Notes: generated by a model from the letters alone, not told the origin. A stretch of DNA of 63,820 bases, filler included, from 5 parts of 5 records of this genome joined end to end with filler, not necessarily neighbours in it, one strand, 5' to 3'; shown: positions 52,620-63,710, numbered from the whole stretch's first letter. A program made the numbers and translations.

Positions 52620-53594
52620 TCAATTCGAATTCCGTGCGATCCGGCCCTTCAGGTCCGCCCAGTGATCGACCAGCCCTGCGAAAACCAGCAGGATCCAGAC
52701 GAATTGCAGGACAGGCAGCACAAAGGACAGGATCATCAGCGTATAAGTCACGTGCAGAAGCCAACGCTTGCCATTCAGGGGCGCGGCAAGGGCGTGTATC
52801 AGCCCCAGCCCCGAAAGGAAGAATGGCAGACACAGGATTGGCACCGCGTTCCATCCGAGATAACCGAGCGTCCCGTCCGTGACCGCTGCCAGCAAGGCGG
52901 CAATCGCGAGCGGAAAGGGCGCCCAGTTCGGCAGACGGATATCCCGCATGTCGGGCGAAGGCCTGAGGTTGGCATTGAAACGTGCAAGCACGCCCTGAGC
53001 CAACAGACCATTGACGAGGATCATCGCCGCCCATTGTAACCCGGCAACACCGGGAAACACGGCGATGGTCAGTTCCCGGGCAGCGGCAAGCTGTTCCGGA
53101 GGCAGGGCCAGTGTCCCTTCGAAGGCCGTTCCCATGGCTGAGAAAAGGGCCTCGACTTCCATCCTGACGATGGCCTCGAGACCTTCCCCCTGTAGGCTCG
53201 CGACCACGATAGCTGTCAGCAATCCCGCAGCGGGGAGAGCCGTCAGCCACATGGCCAGCATGCCGGGAGGAAACCATTCGAGGTCCGCATTCTCCTGATT
53301 CTCGTCCAGAGGACGTGCCAGCAATGCCTGCCGTGCAAGCAGGACCGCGGGCAATCCGCAGAAAATCAGAAAAAACAGCGCGGCCAGGCCGTTGGCAGCG
53401 AACAGCACAATGGCGCTCCCTGCCAGCGACGCTGCCATCCCCGCACCCCACCCGCGCCCGAGGGCGATGGCGAACAGCGGGAGAGGAGACAGGAACGCAA
53501 GCAGAATCGCCCCAAACGATCCGAGGATCGTGGAGAGATACATGAGCGCGCTTGCGATTGCCGCCGCTCCGATGGGTAACCACCTGGACCACAT
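52620..53594 (-). CDS. DUF2232-like membrane protein
   Basis: Multi-TM; LSPLPL, LEWFPPG, GL..IH; usual position between rpsR and rplI. Confidence 0.85.
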   Translation of the reverse strand: MWSRWLPIGAAAIASALMYLSTILGSFGAILLAFLSPLPLFAIALGRGWGAGMAASLAGSAIVLFAANGLAALFFLIFCGLPAVLLARQALLARPLDENQENADLEWFPPGMLAMWLTALPAAGLLTAIVVASLQGEGLEAIVRMEVEALFSAMGTAFEGTLALPPEQLAAARELTIAVFPGVAGLQWAAMILVNGLLAQGVLARFNANLRPSPDMRDIRLPNWAPFPLAIAALLAAVTDGTLGYLGWNAVPILCLPFFLSGLGLIHALAAPLNGKRWLLHVTYTLMILSFVLPVLQFVWILLVFAGLVDHWADLKGRIARNSN

Positions 53595-53655
53595 CTTGCC
53601 TCGTCAAGCCCGCAAAGCGGGCGTCGGCGTTAATCCCGTTAGCTGAGCACGCTCT

Positions 53656-53910
53656 TTAGCTGAGCACGTACGGCAGCAGGGCCATGAAGCGGGCGCGCTT
53701 GATGGCTCTCGCCAGCTCACGCTGCTTCTTGGCTGAAACAGCCGTGATGCGGCTCGGAACGATCTTGCCGCGTTCGGACAGGAAGCGCTGCAGCAGCTTG
53801 ATGTCCTTGTAGTCGATCTTCGGAGCGCTGGAGCTGGCGAAGGGGCAGGACTTGCGGCGGCGCATGAACGGCTTGCGGACAGCGGCGCGGGAAATTGTAA
53901 GAGTGCTCAT
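53656..53910 (-). CDS. rpsR: 30S ribosomal protein S18
   Basis: [28 protein letters not shown]. Confidence 0.99.
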   Translation of the reverse strand: MSTLTISRAAVRKPFMRRRKSCPFASSSAPKIDYKDIKLLQRFLSERGKIVPSRITAVSAKKQRELARAIKRARFMALLPYVLS

Positions 53911-53913
53911 GGA

Positions 53914-54390
53914 TCAGTCTCCCTGGGCTTCGCTTGAGGCCTGTTCGCGATCACCGCGTTCCGGGCGATCACCACGTTCCGGACGATCACCGCCTGGACG
54001 GTCACCACGGTCGAAACGACCGCCGCCGCCCGGACGACCACCACGGCCACCGCGGTCGGTGCGTTCGGTCTTGGCGAGAACGATTGCGGAAGGACCTTCC
54101 GGAATTTCTTCCAGGCGCAGGGTGATGTAGCGCAGCACGTCTTCATTGAGACGCATCAGGCGTTCCATCTCCGTGATGGCTTCGGCCGGGGCTTCCATGT
54201 GCAGCAGCACATAATGGCCCTTGCGGTTCTTCTTGATCTTGTAGGAGAGGGAGCGCAGACCCCAGAATTCAGTATTCTTGATCTCGCCACCCATGTTGGT
54301 GATGATTTCGGAGAATTCGGTTGTAAGCTGCTCGGCTTGGGCGGACGAGATGTCCTGGCGTGCGATAAACACGCTCTCATAGAGAGGCAT
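53914..54390 (-). CDS. rpsF: 30S ribosomal protein S6 (GDRPER-repeat tail)
   Basis: MPLYESVFIARQD, WGLRSLSYKIKKNRKGHY. Confidence 0.99.
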   Translation of the reverse strand: MPLYESVFIARQDISSAQAEQLTTEFSEIITNMGGEIKNTEFWGLRSLSYKIKKNRKGHYVLLHMEAPAEAITEMERLMRLNEDVLRYITLRLEEIPEGPSAIVLAKTERTDRGGRGGRPGGGGRFDRGDRPGGDRPERGDRPERGDREQASSEAQGD

Positions 54391-54395
54391 TGGTG

Positions 54396-54461
54396 CTCCT
54401 TACGGATAATCAGAACGTTCCTCGTGGAACGCTGCTAAGCCGGCTGCAAACCGGCAAGGAG
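54396..54461 (-). promoter_or_regulatory. probable S6:S18-responsive rpsF leader
   Basis: CTCCTTGC can pair with GTAAGGAG (the SD), with CCG adjacent, as in known rpsF leaders. Confidence 0.6.
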
Positions 54462-54674
54462 TTATGTAAAAACCCGCCCCGGCACGAGGTGCCTTAGCGC
54501 GGGACCGGCGGAATATACACAAAACCGGCTGGCGTGCAACAGCGCTGTCGGTTCCGCTTGACAGGGCTTTTGCGGGTCGTTCTCTTTGGCGCCGCTAAAA
54601 AGCCGGTGCCTGCAGGCACTTCTCTTCACCGTATTGCCGATGAAGAGGCTTTGGAAACGCCGTGAAAGACAAGG

Positions 54675-55634
54675 ATGTCACAGATGACGACGGTTCGCGC
54701 ATTTACATTTCCGGGACAGGGTTCCCAGATCGTCGGAATGGGCAAGGCGCTTGCCGATGCCTATGGCGAGGCGCGCGCGGTTTTCGAACAGGTTGACGAG
54801 GCTCTGGGCGAGTCCCTGTCCCGGCTCATGTTTGAAGGGCCGGAAGAGGAGCTCCTCCTGACTCGCAATGCACAGCCCGCCCTGATGGCGGTCAGCCTTG
54901 CGGTCGTCCGCGTTCTGGAAGCCGAGAGCGGTAAGACGATCAAGGATATGGCCAGTTATGTGGCCGGCCACTCGCTTGGCGAATATTCGGCTCTCGCGGC
55001 CGCGAACTCGCTTGATATCGCGGACGCGGCCAAGTTGCTGCGGTTGCGCGGTGAAGCCATGCAGTCAGCGGTTCCGGTCGGAGAGGGCGCCATGGCGGCG
55101 CTGCTCGGTGTCTCGCTTGAGGTGGCGCGCGAGATCGCGGAAGCCGGCCGTGCAGGCGGCGGTGTCTGCGATGTGGCCAACGACAATGCCGACGGGCAGG
55201 TCGTGATCAGCGGGGCCAAGGAAGCCGTCGAACGTGCGGTTGCGGCGGCGGCCGACAAGGGCGCACGAAAGAGTGTCCTGCTGCCTGTCAGCGCACCGTT
55301 CCATTGCGGTCTGATGGCGCCGGCGGCGGACGCGATGGCGGAAGCGCTCGCGATTACGGACTTGCGCCAGCCGCTGGTGCCGCTGGTGGCAAACGTGCTG
55401 GCGGACAAGCTGGAGGATCCGAGCGAGATCCGCATCCGGCTCGTGGAGCAGGTGACCGGTATGGTGCGCTGGCGCGAGTCGGTGCTGTGGATGGCGTCTC
55501 AGGGTGTCACCGATATCGTCGAGATCGGCGCCGGCAAGGTGCTGACCGGCATGGCCAAGCGGATCGACCGTTCTCTCAAGGGCAGTGCCGTCGGCACGCC
55601 GGAAGAGATCGCGGCTTTTCTCGAAACCCTTTAA
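54675..55634 (+). CDS. fabD: malonyl-CoA:ACP transacylase
   Basis: FPGQGSQ, GHSLGEY, VSAPFH. Confidence 0.98.
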   Translation: MSQMTTVRAFTFPGQGSQIVGMGKALADAYGEARAVFEQVDEALGESLSRLMFEGPEEELLLTRNAQPALMAVSLAVVRVLEAESGKTIKDMASYVAGHSLGEYSALAAANSLDIADAAKLLRLRGEAMQSAVPVGEGAMAALLGVSLEVAREIAEAGRAGGGVCDVANDNADGQVVISGAKEAVERAVAAAADKGARKSVLLPVSAPFHCGLMAPAADAMAEALAITDLRQPLVPLVANVLADKLEDPSEIRIRLVEQVTGMVRWRESVLWMASQGVTDIVEIGAGKVLTGMAKRIDRSLKGSAVGTPEEIAAFLETL

Positions 55635-55672
55635 GGTCCAATCGGCCCGTGCGCGGGTGAGGGAGAATTCAA

Positions 55673-56413
55673 ATGTTTCGTCTTGATGGAAAATCGGCCC
55701 TGGTGACCGGCGCAAGCGGGGGCATTGGCAGTGCTATTGCCAAGGCTCTTCATGCGCAGGGAGCTGAAGTCATCCTGTCCGGCACCCGCGAGGAAGCGCT
55801 GCAGGCGCTGGCAGCGGAGCTGGGCGAGCGGGCGCATGTCGTCACGGCCAATCTCGGCGATGCCGAGTCGGTCGCTGCGCTTGCCAAGAGTGCGGAAGAA
55901 ACCGCTGACGGCGGTATCGATATTCTGATCAACAATGCGGGTGTGACCCGTGACGGTCTGATGATGCGGATGAAGGACGAGGACTGGGAGGCGGTGATGA
56001 ACGTCAACCTGACCTCCGGCTTCCGACTGTCGCGCGCGCTGATGCGGGGCATGATGAAGCGGCGCTGGGGCCGTGTCATCGGGGTCTCCTCCATTGTCGG
56101 CGCGACCGGTAACCCGGGGCAGGCGAACTACGCGGCCTCCAAGGCCGGCATGGTCGGTTTCACCAAGTCGCTCGCCCAGGAAGTCGCAAATCGGGGCATT
56201 ACCGCGAATGTGGTGGCGCCTGGCTTTATCAAGACGGCGATGACCGACGCACTTGATGAGGCGCAGCACGAGAAGCTGCTGACCGCTGTTCCCGCGGGAC
56301 GGCTTGGCACACCGGAAGATATTGCGGCTTCGGTGGTTTATCTCGCCTCCGAGGAGGCGTCTTATGTGACCGGCGCGACCATTCATGTGAATGGTGGCAT
56401 GGCAATGCTATAG
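55673..56413 (+). CDS. fabG: 3-oxoacyl-ACP reductase
   Basis: TGASGGIG, NNAGVTRD, GQANYAASK. Confidence 0.98.
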   Translation: MFRLDGKSALVTGASGGIGSAIAKALHAQGAEVILSGTREEALQALAAELGERAHVVTANLGDAESVAALAKSAEETADGGIDILINNAGVTRDGLMMRMKDEDWEAVMNVNLTSGFRLSRALMRGMMKRRWGRVIGVSSIVGATGNPGQANYAASKAGMVGFTKSLAQEVANRGITANVVAPGFIKTAMTDALDEAQHEKLLTAVPAGRLGTPEDIAASVVYLASEEASYVTGATIHVNGGMAML

Positions 56414-56658
56414 GTCTTCCAGCCCGGCGCGGAGAGGGCGATTCGCTTGTTCCGCGCGGGGTTCATGAGGCGGCGCTTGGTGTTTCTGATGCTAGGCAAG
56501 TAAAAAAAAGTATGGTATCCCGCCGCCGCTTACAGGCTTGCTGCCTAACTGTTTCGGACTCCATGATGAAACCCGGGTTTCTTGGAGTATATTAGAGGTC
56601 GGTGAACGCAGGCGTTTCGCTGACAAACCGTTGAGCTTAAGATTCGAGGAAAACAAAA

Positions 56659-56895
56659 ATGAGTGACGTCGCCGCTAGCGTGAAGAAGATCGTGGTCGAA
56701 CATCTCGGCGTTGATGAGGCCAAAGTGGTCGATTCCGCGAGCTTCATCGACGACCTCGGGGCCGACAGCCTCGACACGGTTGAACTTGTCATGGCGTTCG
56801 AAGAAGAATTTGGCGTCGAAATTCCGGATGATGCCGCCGAGAAAATCCTGACCGTGAAGGACGCTATTTCCTTCATCGAAGCATCCTCCAAGTAA
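56659..56895 (+). CDS. acpP: acyl carrier protein
   Basis: [14 protein letters not shown]. Confidence 0.99.
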   Translation: MSDVAASVKKIVVEHLGVDEAKVVDSASFIDDLGADSLDTVELVMAFEEEFGVEIPDDAAEKILTVKDAISFIEASSK

Positions 56896-56966
56896 TTGGC
56901 TGACGACTGCCCTCGGGCGGAGTTCTCCGCCCGGGGTTACGTTTGTAATCTGGAAAAGTGCAAGGC

Positions 56967-58007
56967 ATGAGACGTGTCGTAATCACCGGCCTCGGTCTGG
57001 TTACGCCCCTCGGCGATGGGGTCGAACATAATTGGTCCCGACTCCTGAACAGTGAGTCCGGTATCAGGGCAATCGATACATTCGATGTTTCCGACCTGCC
57101 GGCGAAAGTTGCCGGTATTGTTCAGGAAGGCGAAGGGGGAGGCGGTCTTTTCAATCCGTCCGCCTACATGGAGCCGAAGGAACAGCGCAAGGTCGACCGT
57201 TTCATCCTTCTGGGTGTGGCTGCTGCCGATCAGGCGGTGCGCGATTCCGGATGGATGCCGCAGGATGAGGAAAGCCAGGATCGTACCGGCGTTCTCATCG
57301 GTTCCGGCATTGGCGGTCTGAGCAGCATCTCCGAGACCGAGGATCTGATAAAGGAGCGTGGGCCGCGCCGTATCAGCCCGTTCTTCATTCCGGCTGCACT
57401 GATCAATCTTATTTCCGGCCATGTTTCCATCCGCTTCAGGTTCCGCGGTCCGAACCATGCCGTTGTCACGGCCTGCGCGACCGGCGCCCATGCTATCGGG
57501 GATGCCGCGCGTTTGATCATGCTGGATGATGCGGATGTCATGGTCGCTGGCGGCTCCGAAGCGGCTGTTAGCCGGCTCGGCATTGCCGGTTTTGCGGCGG
57601 CCCGCGCGTTATCGACGAATTTCAACGACGCTCCCGAAACGGCGTCCCGTCCGTGGGACGAAGGCCGTGACGGTTTCGTCATGGGCGAAGGTGGCGGTTG
57701 CGTCGTTCTTGAAGAATACGAGCACGCCAAACGCCGTGGCGCGAAGATCTACGCCGAAGTAACTGGCTATGGTCTTTCCGGTGACGCTAATCACATCACG
57801 GCCCCGGCCGCCGACGGCAATGGCGGTTTCCGCGCCATGAAGGCCGCTCTGAAGCGGGCCAATCTGGCGACGGACCAGATCGATTATATCAACGCGCACG
57901 GCACCTCCACGCCGCTCGGCGATATGATCGAGCTTGGTGCCGTGAAGCGTCTGATGGGGGACGATCTGGGCGGTGCTTCCATGTCGTCGACCAAATCGGC
58001 CATCGGG
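56967..58007 (+). CDS. fabF: beta-ketoacyl-ACP synthase II (3' truncated)
   Basis: RRVVITGLG, TACATG, NAHGTST, STKS.IG. Confidence 0.98.
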
Positions 58008-58107
58008 NNNNNNNNNNNNNNNNNNNNNNNNNNNNNNNNNNNNNNNNNNNNTTAATTAATTAANNNNNNNNNNNNNNNNNNNNNNNNNNNNNNNNNNNNN
58101 NNNNNNN
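58008..58107. other. artificial contig linker
   Basis: N44-TTAATTAATTAA-N44. Confidence 0.99.
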
Positions 58108-58491
58108 GCCCTCGCTGGTCTTGGTGGCGGCGGCGCACCAAGCATTCCTGGTTTAGATGCTCTGCCTATTCCGGGCATGGGCGGCGGTAGCGGTGGCATC
58201 CCACCCCAGTTCCAAGGCTTTGTTGATTACTTTAGCCCCGCGAAGATCGAGAGCATTGTCGTTGCCCTACAGGACTTTGGTACCGCAATCGCTGCTGATC
58301 CGCAGTCATTAGCGGGCTTTCAGGACACCTTGGGGCCAGATTTGGTATTCACGCTGATTCCGGTGGTTGGTGTAATGGCCGACGACCCGGCCTCTGTACC
58401 GGCTTACTTTACTGAAGGCGGGACTTTGCTGAATCCACAAATCACATTGTTGCCACCCATCCCGTTCATTACCGCGGAACTGGCAATGTAA
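58108..58491 (+). CDS. Gly/Pro-rich hypothetical protein, 5' truncated
   Basis: Frame open from the contig edge; followed by a terminator. Confidence 0.65.
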   Translation, partial: ALAGLGGGGAPSIPGLDALPIPGMGGGSGGIPPQFQGFVDYFSPAKIESIVVALQDFGTAIAADPQSLAGFQDTLGPDLVFTLIPVVGVMADDPASVPAYFTEGGTLLNPQITLLPPIPFITAELAM

Positions 58492-58526
58492 GTTGTACTT
58501 GTTCGTCCTCCAAACGTACGAGATTT

Positions 58527-58551
58527 GCGCGGCTTAAGCCGCGCTTTTTTT
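58527..58551 (+). terminator. intrinsic terminator
   Basis: GCGCGGC-TTAA-GCCGCGC-TTTTTTT. Confidence 0.88.
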
Positions 58552-58561
58552 GCCGTCGCGC

Positions 58562-58816
58562 TTAATCTTCTCGAATGATCAATCCATGCTGAGTGGTCAG
58601 AGACCCATCCAACTCAACAACCGCTGTCTCAGCACCGTGATTTAGCGAGCAATTCACAACCGGCACAACGTCCTGAAAAAGCGGCCTGCGCACAAACCAC
58701 AGACGACCGCCAAAATCCTCAACCCGGCGAATGGTCAGCAGTTGCAACTCAGAAAGTAGCTCTTCGAGATTATCGGGAATGGGAGCTTGGGTTTGACGTC
58801 GTTCAGCACTCATCAC
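58562..58816 (-). CDS. small hypothetical protein (84 aa)
   Basis: Protein-like sequence (FG..LWFVRRPLFQ..VPVV); convergent on the terminator. Confidence 0.7.
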   Translation of the reverse strand: MMSAERRQTQAPIPDNLEELLSELQLLTIRRVEDFGGRLWFVRRPLFQDVVPVVNCSLNHGAETAVVELDGSLTTQHGLIIRED

Positions 58817-58970
58817 AATAACCGCTCTAGATTGGGATACACATCATTCCCGCCCACAATCAGTAAGCAGGGAAGGGGCTTTCTCCTCAATATAGAGAAA
58901 AACCCGCACTTACCCTCTCGCGAGTTGTACTTAGCTCTATTTCGCTTTTCGTCTGCGGGCCTCGAAGGCC

Positions 58971-61115
58971 CTAAAATTGATAGCTCAAGCGAACACCATA
59001 TTCACGCGGGTCGCCGACATACAGTGCATCAATACCTAACGACGGACTATTAAAGCGGTCGGTAATATAAAACTCATCGGTCAAATTCTCACCGAAGAGC
59101 TCTATGCCATAGCGCTCTCCGCGATAGCCTAGCCGCGCGCCCAAGAGTCGCCGCGAATCGGCCTTCAAGCCGGCGGTGTTTTCACGGTCGGTATAGCTGT
59201 CAGCAGCATAGGCCCAATTGATATTGGCGAAGTAGCCATTTTGTTGCCAGGCAAGCCCAATATTGGCATTTCGTAATGGCGCATTGGGAAAGCGATTACC
59301 CGCAAAATCGACGCCATCATCTTCGTATTCAGTGAACGCCGTGCTCACATAGCCAGCGCCGCCGAACAGACTGAAACCACGCCCCAGCTCGCCACTGAAT
59401 TCCAGCTCAACGCCTTCAGACTGCGCCTCACCAGCATTGTCAGTGCGGAAATTCGCCGCATCAACACGCACACCAATCTGCATATCGCGATAGTCGATAC
59501 GAAACGCTGTCAGCTGCGCCTGCCACCGCGCGCCTCGCCACTTCACACCAAGGTCATAATTATTGGTGTATTCGGGGCCATAGCTGGGCGACTCGCCATC
59601 GCTGACAAAATCTACCGAACCAGCGCGATACCCCTGGCTGGCAGCAACAAAGGCGGTCACGGCGTCATTAAGATCGTAGCTCAGCGCCACCTTTGGCAAA
59701 AACACGGAGTCGCTGCTTGGCGCCTGTGCATCACTGTCCAACAACGGTTTTAAAAGCGGGCTGAGATCACCGGGCAACGTCGTACCGGTAATCGGGTCGA
59801 CGGGGCGAGCCCCCTTAACAATAAAGGCACTACGACTGTCCGCGTCATTCTCTTCGTAGCGCATGCCCAGCGTTAGCGTCCAGTCGAAGGCAAAGTCCCA
59901 ATCAGCCTCGGCATAAATGGCCTGGGTGTCAGCCTCCCGCTCAGCGATCAAGTCTGCATCAGCCCGCGCCCGGATTCCCGCACCGAGCTCATAGGGCAGG
60001 TCGACACTTGCCGAGTTTCCCTGTAATTCATCTTTGGCGAGATAGGCGCCAACAACGCCCTTCAGGGTGTCACCCTGGTATCGCAAACGCAGCTCAGCCG
60101 CTCGGTTTTCAGCCTCGACGGAATTGATGAAATAGCCACCATCCTCAGCCGAAATATCATAGTCGCCCTTGCGAATATTATCGTTGTTGCTGCCGCTCAC
60201 AATCAGGCTGAGGCGAAGCGCCGCATTAATATCCACGTGCTGGGTGAGCACGGCCAGCGTGCTATTGTCATCATAGAAGCCATCAACATCATCGCTGGCC
60301 TGCCCTTTGCGCGCCAAGTCCGGCGACTGGTATTCGTTGCCCTCGCGTAACTTACTGTCCTGCAGGGTGAACTCGAAGGAATACCAATCGCTGCCAGCCC
60401 AGCCCAGTTTGAAGCGCTGCATATAACGTTTGCGCGCCTGCCACTTGTCATCGTCCAAGGTGATATTGGTCACCTCGCCGTCGGTTTGATTGGTTTCGGC
60501 CGCGTAGCGAAATGCCAGGTCACCCACTATTGGGCCGCCCACCGCGACACCGGCTTCGCGACCACCGTAATTCGCTGCCCCTACCTTAAGCTTGCCCGAA
60601 TAGGCCTCACTGGATGGCGACTCACTCTGGATCACGACCGCCCCCGCCAATGAACCAGGGCCGAAAGCCGTGGATTGGGGGCCGCGATAAAATTCCACCT
60701 GCTTCACGTCCCAGGTATTTCCCACTCCCCGACCGGGCTGGCGAGCGCCATCAATAAAGACACTTACTGTCGGCCGCCCTGTACCACCCGGGCCAATGCC
60801 CTCATTGGAAATACCGCGGACAGAGAATTTGTCCTCTCTTGCGGCATTCAAATTTGGGCTTCGCAGTAGCAAATCGTAGAGATCGCGCACATTCATGGCT
60901 TCAATAGTGTCGGCAGAAACAATGCTGACACTGCCAACAGTATCCAGGCTGCTGCGCTGCATTGGGTCACCCGTAACCAGGATCTCCTCAAGTTTTGGTG
61001 GGCTGGCAGCTGACTCTGTGCCCTGTGCCATAACGGCGGAGCTGGCAATAACAAGCGCGACACCCTGCAGCATAGCGGCGCGGGCAGAGAAGAAAGGTGA
61101 CATTAGAGATTCCAC
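58971..61115 (-). CDS. TonB-dependent receptor
   Basis: Signal peptide, LEEILVTG TonB box, SVRGI, VEFYRGPQST.FG, C-terminal PREYGVRLSYQF. Confidence 0.96.
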   Translation of the reverse strand: MESLMSPFFSARAAMLQGVALVIASSAVMAQGTESAASPPKLEEILVTGDPMQRSSLDTVGSVSIVSADTIEAMNVRDLYDLLLRSPNLNAAREDKFSVRGISNEGIGPGGTGRPTVSVFIDGARQPGRGVGNTWDVKQVEFYRGPQSTAFGPGSLAGAVVIQSESPSSEAYSGKLKVGAANYGGREAGVAVGGPIVGDLAFRYAAETNQTDGEVTNITLDDDKWQARKRYMQRFKLGWAGSDWYSFEFTLQDSKLREGNEYQSPDLARKGQASDDVDGFYDDNSTLAVLTQHVDINAALRLSLIVSGSNNDNIRKGDYDISAEDGGYFINSVEAENRAAELRLRYQGDTLKGVVGAYLAKDELQGNSASVDLPYELGAGIRARADADLIAEREADTQAIYAEADWDFAFDWTLTLGMRYEENDADSRSAFIVKGARPVDPITGTTLPGDLSPLLKPLLDSDAQAPSSDSVFLPKVALSYDLNDAVTAFVAASQGYRAGSVDFVSDGESPSYGPEYTNNYDLGVKWRGARWQAQLTAFRIDYRDMQIGVRVDAANFRTDNAGEAQSEGVELEFSGELGRGFSLFGGAGYVSTAFTEYEDDGVDFAGNRFPNAPLRNANIGLAWQQNGYFANINWAYAADSYTDRENTAGLKADSRRLLGARLGYRGERYGIELFGENLTDEFYITDRFNSPSLGIDALYVGDPREYGVRLSYQF

Positions 61116-61123
61116 AGCAGATG

Positions 61124-61142
61124 GTTAATGATAAGCATTATC
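61124..61142. promoter_or_regulatory. Fur box
   Basis: GTTAATGATAAGCATTATC, 17/19 match to GATAATGATAATCATTATC. Confidence 0.88.
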
Positions 61143-61230
61143 ATATAACTATTGCACAGGAACAAGCGTGCTGAGCACGATGTGAGACAAGCGGTCTATG
61201 CCAGGGCCTCGCCTGTTAAGACGTGGGCTG

Positions 61231-61665
61231 TTAGACGCCGCCCAGAACCTGGCTGCGGAAAAACCCCCAGACAATCGCGGCAACACCGCCGACTTCACCC
61301 ACTATCAGCAGCGCCATGCCCCAGGTGGTAATGAAGTTACGCTGCTTAAATTGATTCTTCTCCCGGCCTTGAATGCCCAGCTGAAAATACCGGGCAATGG
61401 CGGTGGCGAAGAAGAACAGCGGTACCGCGGTAATCCACAACTGTACCGTCGCGGAATAGGGGCTGTATTTGAGCAACGCCGCCATCACCAAGGCAGTGAA
61501 GCTGTACATTAGCGCAGCACGGTGAGCGATATCGATATAGGGATGAGCACGATGCCCCGGCCGGGTCATAATGCCGTGGTATTTAAGTACTCCGCCGACC
61601 AGGCCAGCCAACAAGAACAAACCCGACGCCGCCAGCGCCAATGTTACTGCCTGTGTCATGGTCAC
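61231..61665 (-). CDS. small four-TM membrane protein
   Basis: Hydrophobic; AHPYIDIAHRAALMYSF; GAGG RBS. Confidence 0.8.
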   Translation of the reverse strand: MTMTQAVTLALAASGLFLLAGLVGGVLKYHGIMTRPGHRAHPYIDIAHRAALMYSFTALVMAALLKYSPYSATVQLWITAVPLFFFATAIARYFQLGIQGREKNQFKQRNFITTWGMALLIVGEVGGVAAIVWGFFRSQVLGGV

Positions 61666-61734
61666 CTCGAAACAGATGCCTGCTCTGCGCAGATATAAAA
61701 AAGCCGCGCTGGGCGCGACTCTAATATAAGCTGA

Positions 61735-62988
61735 TTAGCTCAGCGGGTAGTGCTCGGGATAGGGCAGCAGAGCAACACCACTGTCGACGGCCGCGCGGGC
61801 CACTGCTGCGGCTACCGAACCCAGCAAGCGCCGATCCACCGGCTTGGGAATAATATAATTCGGGCCAAAGCTCAGCTCACCACACTGGCAAGCATCGACC
61901 ACCACTTGTGGTACGTCTTCCTTAGCCAACTCACGAATGGCGTGAACCGCGGCCACTTTCATCGCTTCATTAATTTCCGTGGCACGCACATCCAACGCAC
62001 CGCGGAAGATAAATGGGAAACCCAAAACGTTATTCACCTGGTTGGGATAATCAGAGCGCCCAGTCGCCATAATCAAGTCGTCGCGCACGCTCATCGCCAG
62101 CTCTGGTGAAATCTCTGGGTCAGGGTTTGAACAAGCGAATACGATCGGCTTGGCAGCCATACTGCGCAGCATGTCTTCGCTCAGCAGGTTGGCGCCAGAC
62201 AGACCGACAAAGACATCGGCTCCGTCGATCGCCTCTACCAGGGTCTTCGGACCGGCGCCGTTGGCAAACTCTTCTTTATATTCGTTTAAGCCCTCACGGC
62301 CCGGCGTGATAACGCCGCGGCGGTCGATCATAAACAGGTTTTCGTATTTCGCACCCAGGCTGATCAGCAAGCGCATGCAGGCAATGGCCGCCGAGCCCGC
62401 GCCCAGGCAAACGATGCGCGCACTCTCGATGGATTTACCTTGAATCTCCAGAGCGTTCAGCATTCCCGCCGCCGTCACAATGGCGGTGCCGTGCTGATCG
62501 TCGTGAAAAACCGGAATATTGCATTGCTCAATCAGAATCCGCTCAATCTCAAAGCACTCAGGCGCTTTAATATCTTCCAGATTGATGCCGCCAAAGGTAT
62601 CGGCAATACGGCGCACGGTATCAATGAAGGCTTGAGAGTCTTCCGCGTCCACCTCGATATCAATGGAATCGATGTCGGCAAAACGCTTAAACAGCAACGC
62701 CTTGCCTTCCATTACCGGCTTGCTGGCGGCAGGGCCCAAATCACCCAAACCGAGAATTGCACTGCCATTGGAGATAACCGCGACCAGGTTGCCCTTGCTG
62801 GTGTACTTGTATGCGTTGAGCGGGTCCTTGGCGATCTCGCGCACCGGCTCAGCCACGCCCGGGCTGTAGGCCAGCGAAAGATCGTATTGTGTTTCGGCGG
62901 GCTTGGTCAGGCTAATACCAATTTTGCCTGGCGAGGGGATCGAGTGGTAATCCAGAGCCGCCTGCTTAACATCTTTGGACATTGTCAT
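61735..62988 (-). CDS. malic enzyme (short form, no PTA domain)
   Basis: [42 protein letters not shown]. Confidence 0.96.
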   Translation of the reverse strand: MTMSKDVKQAALDYHSIPSPGKIGISLTKPAETQYDLSLAYSPGVAEPVREIAKDPLNAYKYTSKGNLVAVISNGSAILGLGDLGPAASKPVMEGKALLFKRFADIDSIDIEVDAEDSQAFIDTVRRIADTFGGINLEDIKAPECFEIERILIEQCNIPVFHDDQHGTAIVTAAGMLNALEIQGKSIESARIVCLGAGSAAIACMRLLISLGAKYENLFMIDRRGVITPGREGLNEYKEEFANGAGPKTLVEAIDGADVFVGLSGANLLSEDMLRSMAAKPIVFACSNPDPEISPELAMSVRDDLIMATGRSDYPNQVNNVLGFPFIFRGALDVRATEINEAMKVAAVHAIRELAKEDVPQVVVDACQCGELSFGPNYIIPKPVDRRLLGSVAAAVARAAVDSGVALLPYPEHYPLS

Positions 62989-63168
62989 GCTCTCGGTTTG
63001 TGCATTCCAGAAGGGCGAACGCGTAAAGGTGGTCAGGTGCGTTCATAAAGGCGTGAAAGCATATAGAAAACTGCCCCCACTCACAAGCCACGCCGTGGCC
63101 CAGTGCCCCGCTATCAGCGGCTTTCAAAGCAAGCCTGCAGGCGTAGTACCGCCTTGCGACTCACTAAA

Positions 63169-63202
63169 AAAAATGCCCAAGCGCTGGCGCCCGGGCATTT
63201 TT
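63169..63202 (-). terminator. terminator after rpmE
   Basis: AAAAATGCCC...GGGCATTTTT with an extended A-run. Confidence 0.75.
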
Positions 63203-63244
63203 GCGATCATCAACGCCAGAGGTTGTGGCGCAAATGTAAGCAAC

Positions 63245-63463
63245 TTAGCTTTTAACACCACCGCGGCTGCCGAAACGCTTGCGGAAGCGATCAACACGAC
63301 CACCGGTATCCAGCATTTTCTGCTTACCAGTGTAGAAAGGGTGGCAGGCAGAACATACGTCTACGTGCAGGTCTTCCGCCAGGGTTGAGCGGGTTTGAAA
63401 CTGGTTACCGCAGCTGCAGGTAACGTTAACATCTTCGTACTTTGGATGGATATCCGCTTTCAT
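63245..63463 (-). CDS. rpmE: 50S ribosomal protein L31 (zinc-binding C+ form)
   Basis: [31 protein letters not shown]. Confidence 0.98.
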   Translation of the reverse strand: MKADIHPKYEDVNVTCSCGNQFQTRSTLAEDLHVDVCSACHPFYTGKQKMLDTGGRVDRFRKRFGSRGGVKS

Positions 63464-63481
63464 CATTAGATCCTCTTTGGA

Positions 63482-63513
63482 CGCCGCCACCCGATCTCTT
63501 GCCGGGCACCGCG
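63482..63513 (-). promoter_or_regulatory. probable L31 gammaproteobacterial leader hairpin
   Basis: Minus strand GCGGTGCCCGG...TCGGGTGGCGGC just upstream of the RBS; resembles recalled rpmE leaders. Confidence 0.5.
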
Positions 63514-63710
63514 CTGGGCTGATGCGCTCAGTGGAAGCTGGGAAGAGCAGGGATTTGCGCCGACCAACTGAACAAAAAACCACCGAAAAACAGGCCGCGC
63601 ATATTAGCAGAACTGGGCATATAAGCAAGCACTGCCCAGCACCGATTAGAATTATGCTCTCAACCCACTGCAGATTCTTATACACTGGCGGTTTTGCACA
63701 AGCCCATGCC

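Noticed and set aside
53948-54010. 18-bp repeats in rpsF
   Set aside because: They encode the low-complexity GDRPER tail common in alphaproteobacterial S6.
54675-58007. fabD-fabG-acpP-fabF as a polyketide cluster
   Set aside because: Standard FAS II operon next to rpsF.
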